NCBI GenBank assembly: GCA_965116325.1
Contig: OZ220675.1
Coordinates: 316,235-380,234, forward strand
DNA length: 64,000 nt
Reading direction: 5' to 3'
From: Dehalococcoidia bacterium
GTDB taxonomy: Bacteria; Chloroflexota; Dehalococcoidia; Lucifugimonadales; JAGWBF01
Below the pieces are notes generated by a model that did no database searches, had not been told where the DNA came from, and was given only the letters and a program-made list of their open reading frames with translations. Positions 30,968 through 40,618 of this stretch are shown here, one piece after another. The first letter of the stretch is position 1; the number at the start of each line of letters is the position of its first letter. The position numbers were made by a program, and so were the translations under genes.

Positions 30968-32623
30968 CTACCGCGACACCCACCGGCCGTAGATCGGGTA
31001 CTGGCTGCACACGAACTCAATATAGGACGGCTGGCCCTCCTCGTTGGCTGCGAAAGCCCGCTGGAAGGCGGGGGTTATCTCTGACGGCTCGGTTACCCGC
31101 TCGGTGTGGTAACCGAGCCCACCGATGACCCTGGACATGTCGATCTCGTCGTACCCCATCACCTTGTGAGTAAAGGGGTCATGGCCATCGCCCCAGAACC
31201 CAGGCCCGTACCCGGCGAAGCCGCCGTTACTTATGTGAGCCACGGTGATGCCCAGCTTCTGGCGCAGGGGGACCTCCAGGTTGCCGAACATGTACCCCAG
31301 CCCAGCCTCGCCGGTTACCGCCACGCACTGGCGTTCGGGGAAGCTGATCTTGGCCGCAATGGTGGCCGGCAGACTGAAGCCCAGAGAGGACACGTTGCCC
31401 CAGCCAAGAAATCCCCGGGACCTGGTGGCGCGATACACGGTGCTGATCTGGTCGCGGGTGTTTCCCGATTCGTGGGTCAGGAAGGACCTGTTGGGGTCCA
31501 GCACCTCCATGAGACCGGCATAGACCCGGTAGGGGTTGATGGGCTTATCCTCCGAAGCCATGGCCTCAACGTACTGGGCCATCCCCGAATCCCTGGCGGC
31601 CTTCACCTCAGCCTCCGCCTGAGAGCGGGTCGTTATGCCCGACAGGTCCCTGCCTCCGAGCTCTCGATTAAGGGACTGGAGGGACAGGCGGGCATCGCCT
31701 ATCAGGGCTTGGGCGGTGGAATAGACCTTGTTTATGTGGATTTCGTCCACGTTGCAGTGAATGATGGTCTTGCTGCCTGCGTTGGGAATGCCGTGGCTGA
31801 ACCGGCCCGGCGACAAGCTGGAGCCGACGGCAAAGAGCAAGTCGCATTTGGCGAGGTACTCCTCCACCTGGCCTCCCCGGACACCTACATATAGGGGATG
31901 GTCCTCGGGGAAGGCTCCCTTGGCCTTCAGGGTGCTCACCACGGGCAGGTTTAACTTCTCAACCAGGGACTTAAGCTCTTCCTCTGCGCCCGCGTAGATA
32001 ACCCCTTCTCCGGCATACACCAGGGGATTCTCGGCTTTCAATAACAGGTCTGCGACAGCGGACACATCGGCTGGATCAGGGACCGATTTCCAGCCCTTTA
32101 CGGGAACGTACGGGTCTGCCGTCTCGTCGTAGGTCCCATCGGCATCGGGAACAGCAAGGACAACCGGGCCGGGCCGCCCCGTACGCAGCATGGTGAAGGC
32201 ACGGCGCATGAACTCGGGGACACGATGAGGAGCGTCCAGGAACCCGTACCATTTGGACACGGACTTCAAGCTGGAGGTGACGTCGAATTGGCTGTTCTCG
32301 CTCGCGCCGATGGGGACACCATCGGTGATGCAGAGTACGGGAGACCCGTCCTCAAAGGCTTGGGCAATGCCTGCGTAGGCAACCTGAAGCCCGGCCGCGT
32401 TGACTCCGCCCTGGAAGGTAGCCACCCCGATGCGCCGTCCGGCGTTTATTCTGGAAAAAGCGTCGGCGAGGGCAACGGCATACCTGTCATCCCGCATCAT
32501 GATCATCGGAACACCTTCCCTGCCCAGGGCGTTGTTCACCCGGCAGACGGGGAAGGTCGAGACCCAGTCCACGCCCTCTTGCTTCAGGATTCGAGCGATA
32601 CCCGTTGCAACATCGATGGTCAT
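30968..32623 (-). CDS. ThDP-requiring enzyme, acetolactate synthase-like fold
   Basis: RRAFTMLRTGRPGPV, AFPEDHPL, GEAG...SNGG; ATG after GGAGG. Confidence 0.85.
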   Translation of the reverse strand: MTIDVATGIARILKQEGVDWVSTFPVCRVNNALGREGVPMIMMRDDRYAVALADAFSRINAGRRIGVATFQGGVNAAGLQVAYAGIAQAFEDGSPVLCITDGVPIGASENSQFDVTSSLKSVSKWYGFLDAPHRVPEFMRRAFTMLRTGRPGPVVLAVPDADGTYDETADPYVPVKGWKSVPDPADVSAVADLLLKAENPLVYAGEGVIYAGAEEELKSLVEKLNLPVVSTLKAKGAFPEDHPLYVGVRGGQVEEYLAKCDLLFAVGSSLSPGRFSHGIPNAGSKTIIHCNVDEIHINKVYSTAQALIGDARLSLQSLNRELGGRDLSGITTRSQAEAEVKAARDSGMAQYVEAMASEDKPINPYRVYAGLMEVLDPNRSFLTHESGNTRDQISTVYRATRSRGFLGWGNVSSLGFSLPATIAAKISFPERQCVAVTGEAGLGYMFGNLEVPLRQKLGITVAHISNGGFAGYGPGFWGDGHDPFTHKVMGYDEIDMSRVIGGLGYHTERVTEPSEITPAFQRAFAANEEGQPSYIEFVCSQYPIYGRWVSR

Positions 32624-32855
32624 GGAAGCTACCTCCGTACCTTGGGAGCTTGGACTTTGGGTCCGGTGAGAGACGTTTCTGATGCAGGGTTCAAAACTAC
32701 CACAAAGCTGGCGCTGTATAAAGATGGCTAGGCGTTGTACCCAATTGGGCTGGAAGGTTCTGGATCCGATGGAACGATTTGCGCACAACGCGCATATTAT
32801 CGGGTAGGCCGGCCTTCCAACCAGCGGAGCCAAGTCGTGGGAAAGGGGGCGAACG

Positions 32856-33413
32856 GTGGGCGAAGACGAAGCAGTCCTTCGATGCCAGCAGGGCGACCGT
32901 GAAGCCTTCCAGCACCTGGTGGAGCAGTACAAGGACATTCTGTACGGCACAGCCATGCTGATGTCCAGCAACCGGGCGCTGGCCGAGGAGCATGTCCAGG
33001 AAGCGTTCCTAGCTGCATGGCGAGGCATCCGGGGCTTTCGAAGGGGCTACCCCTTCAAGCCCTGGTTGGTCCGCATCCTGGTCAACGAGGTGCTGTCCCA
33101 CCGGAGACGTTCTTCTATTCCTACTTACCCCTTGGAGGATTCAACACATGCCGGCAACGATTGCGACCCCCACGACATGGCGGAGGTGCTGGCAGGCAGC
33201 GAGACCATAAGGCGAGCGATGGCCGGGCTGAATATGGAACACCGGGAGGTTGTCGTTCTCCGCTATTTTGCAGACCTGACCATACCTGAAGTGGCCCGCT
33301 CCCTGAATCTTAGGCAAGGCACCGTGAAGTCGCGGCTTCACAGGGCCCTGGAACAGCTCAGGTCCCAGCTTTCAGAACGGGATGCCGGAGAGGAGCAAGA
33401 AAATGGCGCCTAA
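32856..33413 (+). CDS. ECF sigma-70 factor
   Basis: AEEHVQEAF, FKPWLVRI, GTVKSRLHRA. Confidence 0.93.
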   Translation: MGEDEAVLRCQQGDREAFQHLVEQYKDILYGTAMLMSSNRALAEEHVQEAFLAAWRGIRGFRRGYPFKPWLVRILVNEVLSHRRRSSIPTYPLEDSTHAGNDCDPHDMAEVLAGSETIRRAMAGLNMEHREVVVLRYFADLTIPEVARSLNLRQGTVKSRLHRALEQLRSQLSERDAGEEQENGA

Positions 33414-35454
33414 TGATGAACAAGATCCAGCAATGGAACGAGACCTGCGGGGGTACTACAGAGACCTGAAGGAGGACCTTCTCGCCCCCGTAGACCTGTG
33501 GCACAAAATGGAAGATCGGCTTGGGAAGCAGAAGAACGCCCCACTATTCCCAGGCATGGGCTGGAGCATCTTCGGGGGACATGGTATCCAACGGGTCCCT
33601 GCCCTTGCCGTCGGGGGATTCGTTGTTGCGATGCTGGTTACCGGCATATGGTATGTGGCGGCTGACAACATGACGAGCACCGCGATTCCGTATTACGCAG
33701 ATGACGGGACAAATGAACAAATTGACGCATTGAGGATGAGACTGGGAGATGGATCGGGCCCTCGGCGGGTGGAGGTTACTCGAATAGTAAGGGAGAGCGC
33801 AGAGGAAAGGGTGGTTGAAGTCACCCGGGTAGTGGAAGCTGAAAGCATGATCGTGGCACCTGAAGGTTCAGTGCAGGGGAACCCAGACGTCTATGCATAC
33901 ACAGTGTCCCCAACGAGTGTGCCTCAACCTGCTGGGGTTCAAGGCCCACAAGGGTCGCAAGGTCAGTGGTCTTCGACACGAGGCACAAGCGAGGTGCAAC
34001 CCAATGTTCCCCCTCCGAACACTTCCTTTGCCGACCACGGACGCCAGTCCTTCGTCAGCGCCCGGGAGGACAACGTCTCCACCTTCAGCCTGGATACCGA
34101 CCGCACATCCTACCAGCTTGCCCTGAACTGGGCCCGCAATGGGTATGAGATAGACCCTACATCGGTCAGGGCCGAGGAGTGGGTGAACGCCTTCAACTAC
34201 GATTACGAGCTACCCAGGAACGACTGGGAGTTCGCCGTGACGTCGGAGGTGATCCAGCATCCCCTGGACGCAGACTTGCACCTGGCCCGGGTATCTTTCC
34301 AGGCCCCCGTCGTGCCCGACGATACGCCTCTGAACGTCACACTAGTACTGGATGCCTCGGGGTCCATGGCCCAGGGCAACCGGGTAGATATAACCCGGGA
34401 AGCGGCCCACTCCATACGGGAAAGCCTTGGGCCCAAGGACCGCATAGCCGTGGTCCACTTCACAAATGACGTAATCCATAATCTTACGGTCCCGCACAGC
34501 GATCCCGACACCGGACCTGTAGGCTGGTCCATTGACCGGCTGGAACCCCAGGGCAGCACCAACGTGCAGGCGGGACTCGACCTGGGAGTGCGACTGGCTG
34601 ACCAAGCCCGCCGGGACCGCCCCGATGCCCACAATTACATCATCCTCATGTCCGACGGCGTGGCCAACGTCGATGCTACCGATCCCTTTGCCATCCTCGA
34701 GTCGGCATACGACCGGGACAGCAGGAATCCGTTGCGCATCATCGCCATCGGCGTGGGCATAGAGAACTACAACGACGACCTTCTTGAGAAGCTCGCCCAG
34801 CACGGCAACGGCTGGTACCGCTACCTACAGGACACGGACCAGGCCAGAAGCACCTTCAACAGAGAGAACTGGCTGGCCATTTCCACCCCCTTCGCCGACC
34901 AGACCCGCGCCCAGGTTACCTGGGACACCGAGGTGGTGGATTCATGGCGCATCGTCGGCTACGAGAACCGGGTGACGCCCGATCACACCTTCACCCAGGA
35001 CCGCAAGGAGTTCGCTGAGCTGCCCTCGGGAACGGCGACCACCGTCTTCTACGAGCTGGACCTGCGCCGGGACGTGAACCCGGACCGGTGGCATGACCTG
35101 GGGTCCGTGGATCTCAGGTGGGTGGAGCCCGGCTCGGGTGAGTCCCGCAGCCAGCACGCCAACGTGTCAGGAAGGCCGGGAGTCTCCTTCGAGGCTGTGC
35201 ACGACCCACTGCTCCGGCTGGGAGCGGTGGTGGCCTTGGCGGCAGACCGGTACAGCAGCCTGGACGAGGGTTACTCCAATCCTGCTTGGGTGGCCTCGGA
35301 CATGCTGACCCTGAACGATCTGATGGCCAGCCTGAGGAGGGAGCTTGGCAGTCTGCAAGCATACGAAGATGTCAGGTTCTTGATGGAACACATGCTTGTC
35401 GGCATCGACCACTTCATTCCCAGTCCTACTCCGCCCACAGGTTACAGCCGGTAG
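33403..35454 (+). CDS. Single-pass membrane protein with vWA/YfbK-type domain (putative anti-sigma factor)
   Basis: Overlaps the sigma gene; one TM; STFSLDTD, MIDAS DASGSM, GSTN, SDG, VGYENR. Confidence 0.85.
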   Translation: MAPNDEQDPAMERDLRGYYRDLKEDLLAPVDLWHKMEDRLGKQKNAPLFPGMGWSIFGGHGIQRVPALAVGGFVVAMLVTGIWYVAADNMTSTAIPYYADDGTNEQIDALRMRLGDGSGPRRVEVTRIVRESAEERVVEVTRVVEAESMIVAPEGSVQGNPDVYAYTVSPTSVPQPAGVQGPQGSQGQWSSTRGTSEVQPNVPPPNTSFADHGRQSFVSAREDNVSTFSLDTDRTSYQLALNWARNGYEIDPTSVRAEEWVNAFNYDYELPRNDWEFAVTSEVIQHPLDADLHLARVSFQAPVVPDDTPLNVTLVLDASGSMAQGNRVDITREAAHSIRESLGPKDRIAVVHFTNDVIHNLTVPHSDPDTGPVGWSIDRLEPQGSTNVQAGLDLGVRLADQARRDRPDAHNYIILMSDGVANVDATDPFAILESAYDRDSRNPLRIIAIGVGIENYNDDLLEKLAQHGNGWYRYLQDTDQARSTFNRENWLAISTPFADQTRAQVTWDTEVVDSWRIVGYENRVTPDHTFTQDRKEFAELPSGTATTVFYELDLRRDVNPDRWHDLGSVDLRWVEPGSGESRSQHANVSGRPGVSFEAVHDPLLRLGAVVALAADRYSSLDEGYSNPAWVASDMLTLNDLMASLRRELGSLQAYEDVRFLMEHMLVGIDHFIPSPTPPTGYSR

Positions 35455-35482
35455 CCATCTTCTCCCTCATCCCCCAAAGGAG

Positions 35483-35518
35483 AGGCTGGGGTGAATCGCC
35501 TCCCTTTCACCCCAGCCT
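35483..35518 (+). terminator. 13-bp stem-loop after the vWA gene
   Basis: aggctggggtgaa / ttcaccccagcct; no clear U-tract. Confidence 0.45.
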
Positions 35519-35605
35519 TCTCCAAGGGACTCCGGGGTTGGGCCGATGACACCCATTGGTCCAACCCTGTATTATGGAATGAAAACCATCCAGAGGTAAC
35601 CAGAG

Positions 35606-37078
35606 TTGGTTATTCCCCGGGTCATGAGCACCCAGCACCCCGACAACGCCACCCCGGCGCCTTTTGCTGATGGCGCGGGCGTCCTAAAGGGAGACGGCGA
35701 GGTTAATGAAGCCGTCGATGTGTTCGCCCTGGGCTGCGACGAGCAGATGTGGGACTCGGAAGGCAAGGAGACCGACAACCAGGTCGTCCGCAAGCTCTTA
35801 ACCGGGTTTCCCGTCTTCTTTCGAGGGAATGCCCGGCTGGGCCAGGATGTGGTCCTGACCCTGCGCGTTCCCAACCCTCGAATTGAACGGGACATGCGCA
35901 AGTCCATGGTCGAAGCCCTGCAGAGCATTCCTTCAGCCTGGGATGTGGCCCAGGGGTTCTACGGCCAGGGTGACTCTGCCCCAATCCAGGAAGTCATTCT
36001 CCCATTCACCACATCCTCGGAAGAGCTGGCCTTCGTGGAGGCCTATTACCGCAAGGTGATCGTGGGCCAGGAAAACCAGGTGCTGTTCGAGGGGCATGAG
36101 GTGAAGGACTGGGTAGGAGAGTTCTACCCCAAGGACATCGGCGTAGTCCCCCTTATTGAAGACATGGAAAACATGCTCAACTGCGACGGGATCGTGGAGG
36201 GGTACCTGCGTCAAAGGCAGGTCCCGCATCAGCGGGTCTTTCTTGCTCGCAGTGACCCCGCCTTGAACTACGGCATCGTGGCCGCCGAGCTGGTGCTGCG
36301 GATAGCCTTCGCCAAGCTGCACGCGCTGGAGGGACGGCTGGGAGTGCCCCTCTATCCCATAATCGGCGCGGGATCGGTACCCTTCCGGGGTCACCTGACT
36401 CCCGTCAACATCGACCGGGCTATAACCGAGTATCCCAGCGTCCAGACCTTCACGGTCCAGTCCGCCTTCAAGTACGACTACGACAAAGAAGCCGTGCGGC
36501 AGGGTATAGCCCAGCTGCACAGCCACAAGCGAGGGGAGCCTGTGCCCGTCGATGAAGACCGGGCCAGGGAGATCGTGGACAAGACCACCGTCGAGTACCA
36601 GGAGCACGTCAGGAAGCTGGTGGACACTATCGGCGCTGTTTCGGCCTACATTCCCAGGCGCCGTGAGCGCAAGATGCACGTGGGCCTCTTCGGCTACGGG
36701 CGCACCCTGGACGGCGTGGGCGAGGTAACCCTGCCAAGGGCCATCGGTTTCACCGCCTCCATGTACTCCATCGGCATCCCACCGGAGCTGCTTTGCCTCG
36801 CCTCCATGACGCCCGACGACCTGGCTTACGTGCGAGAGGTGTACCCCAGCATTGACGGCGACCTGAGGGCATCCCTGCGCTACGCCAACGAGCGACATGT
36901 GAAGGAGATGCTGGGCGATAAGTACCTGCGCTTGGTGGAAGCGTTCACCGATGACCTGGACCGGGTGCACGAAGGACTCACCAGCGCGATATGGGCCAGC
37001 ATCAGCCGTGAGAAGTCAACGATGAACATCTCCCACTACGTCCAGGAGGCCGCCCACATCCGAAGATTTCTCGGCTAG
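35606..37078 (+). CDS. ppcA: Archaeal-type phosphoenolpyruvate carboxylase
   Basis: ~490 aa; MSTQHPDN, RVFLARSDPALNYG, GSVPFRG, LPRAIGF. Confidence 0.92.
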   Translation: MVIPRVMSTQHPDNATPAPFADGAGVLKGDGEVNEAVDVFALGCDEQMWDSEGKETDNQVVRKLLTGFPVFFRGNARLGQDVVLTLRVPNPRIERDMRKSMVEALQSIPSAWDVAQGFYGQGDSAPIQEVILPFTTSSEELAFVEAYYRKVIVGQENQVLFEGHEVKDWVGEFYPKDIGVVPLIEDMENMLNCDGIVEGYLRQRQVPHQRVFLARSDPALNYGIVAAELVLRIAFAKLHALEGRLGVPLYPIIGAGSVPFRGHLTPVNIDRAITEYPSVQTFTVQSAFKYDYDKEAVRQGIAQLHSHKRGEPVPVDEDRAREIVDKTTVEYQEHVRKLVDTIGAVSAYIPRRRERKMHVGLFGYGRTLDGVGEVTLPRAIGFTASMYSIGIPPELLCLASMTPDDLAYVREVYPSIDGDLRASLRYANERHVKEMLGDKYLRLVEAFTDDLDRVHEGLTSAIWASISREKSTMNISHYVQEAAHIRRFLG

Positions 37079-37100
37079 TCCGGCTCCAAAGCTGCGGTCT

Positions 37101-38720
37101 CTAAAGGCCCAAGATATTCCCCTGGGCATCCACATCCAGGCGACGCGGTGAGCCGGGCAGGCCTGGCATGGTGACGATGTTGCCGGCAATGGGATAGAGG
37201 AACCCGGCCCCTATGGATGCCCTGATGTCGGAGATCTCGAAAGTGTAGCCTGACGGCCTGCCCTTCAGCGACGACAGGTGGGAAATGGAAAGCGGAGTCT
37301 TGGCCATGCAAACGGGCAAGCGTCCCCAACCAAGCTCTTCGAATTGAGTCAACCTCCTGCGCGCCGCAGGTTCCCATCGAACGTCCTCTGCGTTGTAGAC
37401 GGTCCGCGCAACAGCTCGCATCTTGTCCTCAATGGAAGCATCTTCGTCATAAAGGTACGACACTGCTCCACCCTGGGCGCTGGCAGCAATAACGGCCTCG
37501 GCCAGCTCGATGCTGCCTTCACCACCATCGGCAAAGGCGGTAGTCTTCGCCGCAGCGAAGGCACCCGCATCCACGGCGCCCTTGCGCACCAGTTCCAGCT
37601 CCCCCACGGAGTCCGAAGAGAAGGCGTTGACTGCGACTACAACGGGAAGCCCGAAGGCCCTGACTATCCCGATGTGGTGTTCCAGGTTGGGCATCCCGCG
37701 CATTACCGCGTCTTCGTCAGGTGTATTTAAGTTTTGGAGGGAAACCCCACCATGGTACTTGATCGCCCGGACCGAAGCGACAAGCACCGCCGCCCTGGGC
37801 GGAACACCCCCCGCCCGGGTCTTGATATGCATAAACTTCTCGAAACCCAGGTCCGAACCGAACCCAGCCTCTGTGAGAACGTAGTCCGAATAGCCTATCG
37901 CCAGCTGGTCGGCCAGAATGGAGCTGCAGCCGTGGGCGATGTTGCCAAAAGGCCCGGTGTGCACAAGAACCGGCTGCCCCTCACTGGTCTGCACCAGGTT
38001 GGGCTGCAATGCATGCCTGAGCAGGGACATCATGGAGCCGACGGCGCCTACAGCCTGGGCTGTAACCGGCTTCCTATCCCCGTTGAACCCTACCACCATC
38101 CGACTAAGCCTTTGCCTCAGGTCGTCCAAGCCCGCGGACAGGGCCAGGACAGCCATAATCTCCGATGCCGTCACGATGTCGAAGCCGGTCTGTCGCACGG
38201 GTGAATTACCGCTGCCTCCCAACCCGGTCACGATATCCCTGAGGGCCCGGTCTTCGACATCGGTCACCCTGCGCCAAGTCGCCATAGTAGGGCTGAAGTC
38301 CGGCACCTGGCCCCGCTGGGCGGCATTGTCGGTCAGGGCAGCCAGCAGGTTGTGCGCTGAAGCGACGGCGTGGGCATCGCCGGTGAAGTGGACGTTAACC
38401 TCATCTTGGGGCTCCACCATGCACGCGCCTCCGCCGGTACCCCCTCCCTTTATGCCGAAAATGGGCCCGAGGGAAGGCTCTCTAAGGCAAGCAACCACCT
38501 GCTTTCCCAGCTTCCCCAAGCCCTGGGCCAGACCTACCGTCATGGTGGTCTTCCCCTCTCCAAGAGGTGTGGGCGTGATCCCTGTGACCACTACCAGGTT
38601 GCCCTGGGGACCCCCCGCCTTAATGCCGTCCAGGGAAATCTTGGCCTTGTATTTTCCGTAGGGAACAACCAGATCGGGGTCGATGCCCATGATCTCGGCA
38701 ATCTCGGATACAGGCCTCAT
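37101..38720 (-). CDS. fhs: Formate--tetrahydrofolate ligase
   Basis: TPTPLGEGKTT, LREPSLGP, GIKGG, HTGPFGNIAHG, TEAGFG, MPGLP; start may be 38774. Confidence 0.96.
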   Translation of the reverse strand: MRPVSEIAEIMGIDPDLVVPYGKYKAKISLDGIKAGGPQGNLVVVTGITPTPLGEGKTTMTVGLAQGLGKLGKQVVACLREPSLGPIFGIKGGGTGGGACMVEPQDEVNVHFTGDAHAVASAHNLLAALTDNAAQRGQVPDFSPTMATWRRVTDVEDRALRDIVTGLGGSGNSPVRQTGFDIVTASEIMAVLALSAGLDDLRQRLSRMVVGFNGDRKPVTAQAVGAVGSMMSLLRHALQPNLVQTSEGQPVLVHTGPFGNIAHGCSSILADQLAIGYSDYVLTEAGFGSDLGFEKFMHIKTRAGGVPPRAAVLVASVRAIKYHGGVSLQNLNTPDEDAVMRGMPNLEHHIGIVRAFGLPVVVAVNAFSSDSVGELELVRKGAVDAGAFAAAKTTAFADGGEGSIELAEAVIAASAQGGAVSYLYDEDASIEDKMRAVARTVYNAEDVRWEPAARRRLTQFEELGWGRLPVCMAKTPLSISHLSSLKGRPSGYTFEISDIRASIGAGFLYPIAGNIVTMPGLPGSPRRLDVDAQGNILGL

Positions 38721-39005
38721 TTGCCCTCCCAACTCCTGCCTGTTACGGCGCCATGTATGAGGTTTCTCCGCCAAGCATCATAACGCCTAACCACAGTACA
38801 AAAAAGTAACGCCTGCAGTAGCTCAGCCGTCCGGCCGTGAATTGACCAGGATGCTTTGGGGCATCGTAATCCGCAGGCTGCTCACCTTGCCATATCGCAA
38901 GTGGGTTTCTTACTGGCAGTCCCACGGAAGCTGCCTTAGCAAGCCCTTCGCATGGCCCTTGTCTGTGCGTTCTCAGACCGGAGGCCCGGCTATCTGCGGT
39001 CTGAC

Positions 39006-39743
39006 TTATTCCGCGCCTTTCGTCCCGACAAAGACCCGGTTGCCCCAAGGGTCCGTCTGCGGGATGGCCTGGAACCTGGCTTCCTTCAGGATATTCAGCC
39101 ACACAGATTCGGGAAAGACTCCCAGCAGGTGCCGGTCATGCTCCAGGCGCAGGCTTCCATCTGACCCCCGGAGCATGTATGCGAAGTCAGCGATGTACGT
39201 CGTGTCCAGCGGGTCCGGATCGATGCTCCACATCAGGTAGCGAATGCCCCGGCCATCGGGGTCGTCATAGCCACCCCAGTCCGTGTAGGGGGGCGAGAAG
39301 TTCTCAAGCACATGGTCCGGGGCTACGAGTATGCTCCCGCCGGGGCGGCAGTGCAGGGACGCGGTCTCAGTCATGGCGCGGACTTCGTCCTCAGACGTGA
39401 GGTAGGACACCGCATCGTGGACGAACACGGCGTCGAACTGCCTCCCTGGCATCCTCAGGGAGCACATATCCCCCAGGATGTGCTCTAAATCGGGGTTGAT
39501 GCTGCGGCTGACCGCCAGCATCTCCGGTGACAAATCCGACAGGACCATGGTGAACCGCTGTTTCATGTAGGAAGCGTTGTTGCCGCCGCCGGAACCCAGT
39601 TCCAGCACGTCGCCTACGGGAATGGAAGCGGCCTCGATCAAGCGGTCGCCGTAGTAGGCCGCCTCCTCCCGATATTCGTGGGGAGGAGTCAGCAGGTGGA
39701 ACCAATCTGCCAGGTCCGCGTATAGGCGCGGGCGTTCCTTCAT
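39006..39743 (-). CDS. Class I SAM-dependent methyltransferase
   Basis: VLELGSGGG, DLSPEML, GDM, FDAV. Confidence 0.9.
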   Translation of the reverse strand: MKERPRLYADLADWFHLLTPPHEYREEAAYYGDRLIEAASIPVGDVLELGSGGGNNASYMKQRFTMVLSDLSPEMLAVSRSINPDLEHILGDMCSLRMPGRQFDAVFVHDAVSYLTSEDEVRAMTETASLHCRPGGSILVAPDHVLENFSPPYTDWGGYDDPDGRGIRYLMWSIDPDPLDTTYIADFAYMLRGSDGSLRLEHDRHLLGVFPESVWLNILKEARFQAIPQTDPWGNRVFVGTKGAE

Positions 39744-39816
39744 AGCCTTGTCACGTGTCAGACCTTCCGTGCCTGTGAATTATGCACCAGACCACAGAAG
39801 GTCGAATCCGCCTGTT

Positions 39817-40377
39817 CTATGAAGGCAAGAGAGGCTCGGTGATGTTCTCAGGAAGGTCCACCTCGAAGGCGTTGGTGCACATCGCCATCAGCCGGAAGTA
39901 GCCCATGTAGGTGGTGAACTCGGCCAGCCCTCGAACACCCAGCACTCCCTTGGCAGTATCGAAGGTCTCCTGGCTCACATGGTTGGTGCTCGTCAGCTCC
40001 AGGGCGTAGTTGACTATGGCGGCTTCGTCGGCGGGCATTTCCGGCAAGGCTGTCTTTTCCCGCAAGGCATCGACGAGGGCGTCGCTGATGCCAATACGCC
40101 GGCATGCGGCCGCTTGGGCGACCCAGATGTATTGGCAGTCCATGGACCGCGCCCCGATCAGTGCCGCCAGCCTCTTCTGCTCCTCTGTGAGGACACTGTG
40201 GGTGCGTATGTGCTCCGACAGCCGGTTGCCCAGGACAGCCATCTCCGGGCTGTAAATGAGCACGGAGGACGGCCCGACCACCGGCGCCTGTCCCCGTATC
40301 TGTGTGACTTCGTCGTAGGCTGCTTTGTGCTCCTCAGGTACGTCGTCTCGGGTAACTGCCGGTGCGCGTCTTGGCAT
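39817..40377 (-). CDS. Carboxymuconolactone decarboxylase / AhpD-like protein
   Basis: SPE, LAALIGARSMDCQYIW, helical pattern. Confidence 0.75.
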   Translation of the reverse strand: MPRRAPAVTRDDVPEEHKAAYDEVTQIRGQAPVVGPSSVLIYSPEMAVLGNRLSEHIRTHSVLTEEQKRLAALIGARSMDCQYIWVAQAAACRRIGISDALVDALREKTALPEMPADEAAIVNYALELTSTNHVSQETFDTAKGVLGVRGLAEFTTYMGYFRLMAMCTNAFEVDLPENITEPLLPS

Positions 40378-40618
40378 AGGATGTCCGTCCTCTCCTCCAG
40401 ATAGGCACATGGCCTGTCAGGATGCTCGATTCCCGAACTATAAGGCGGCCCCATGAGCAGGTCAACAGCCTTCGGCCCCTGGGCAAAAGGGGGCCTTTGT
40501 TCGGCCCCCGGATGGCCAGTCAGTCTAAGTCCGATCGTCACTCTGGCTTTGCCAGAGTGGTTTCCTAGGCTACAATTGTCTGCGAAAGACAATGGAAAGT
40601 TGATGAGGAGGAACTGCA

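Noticed and set aside
32624-33028. N-terminal extensions in the ORF track (686-aa ThDP enzyme; also 19876, 12085, 24815 starts)
   Set aside because: They overlap neighbouring genes or lack family-like sequence; downstream starts with RBS or coupling fit the family N-termini better
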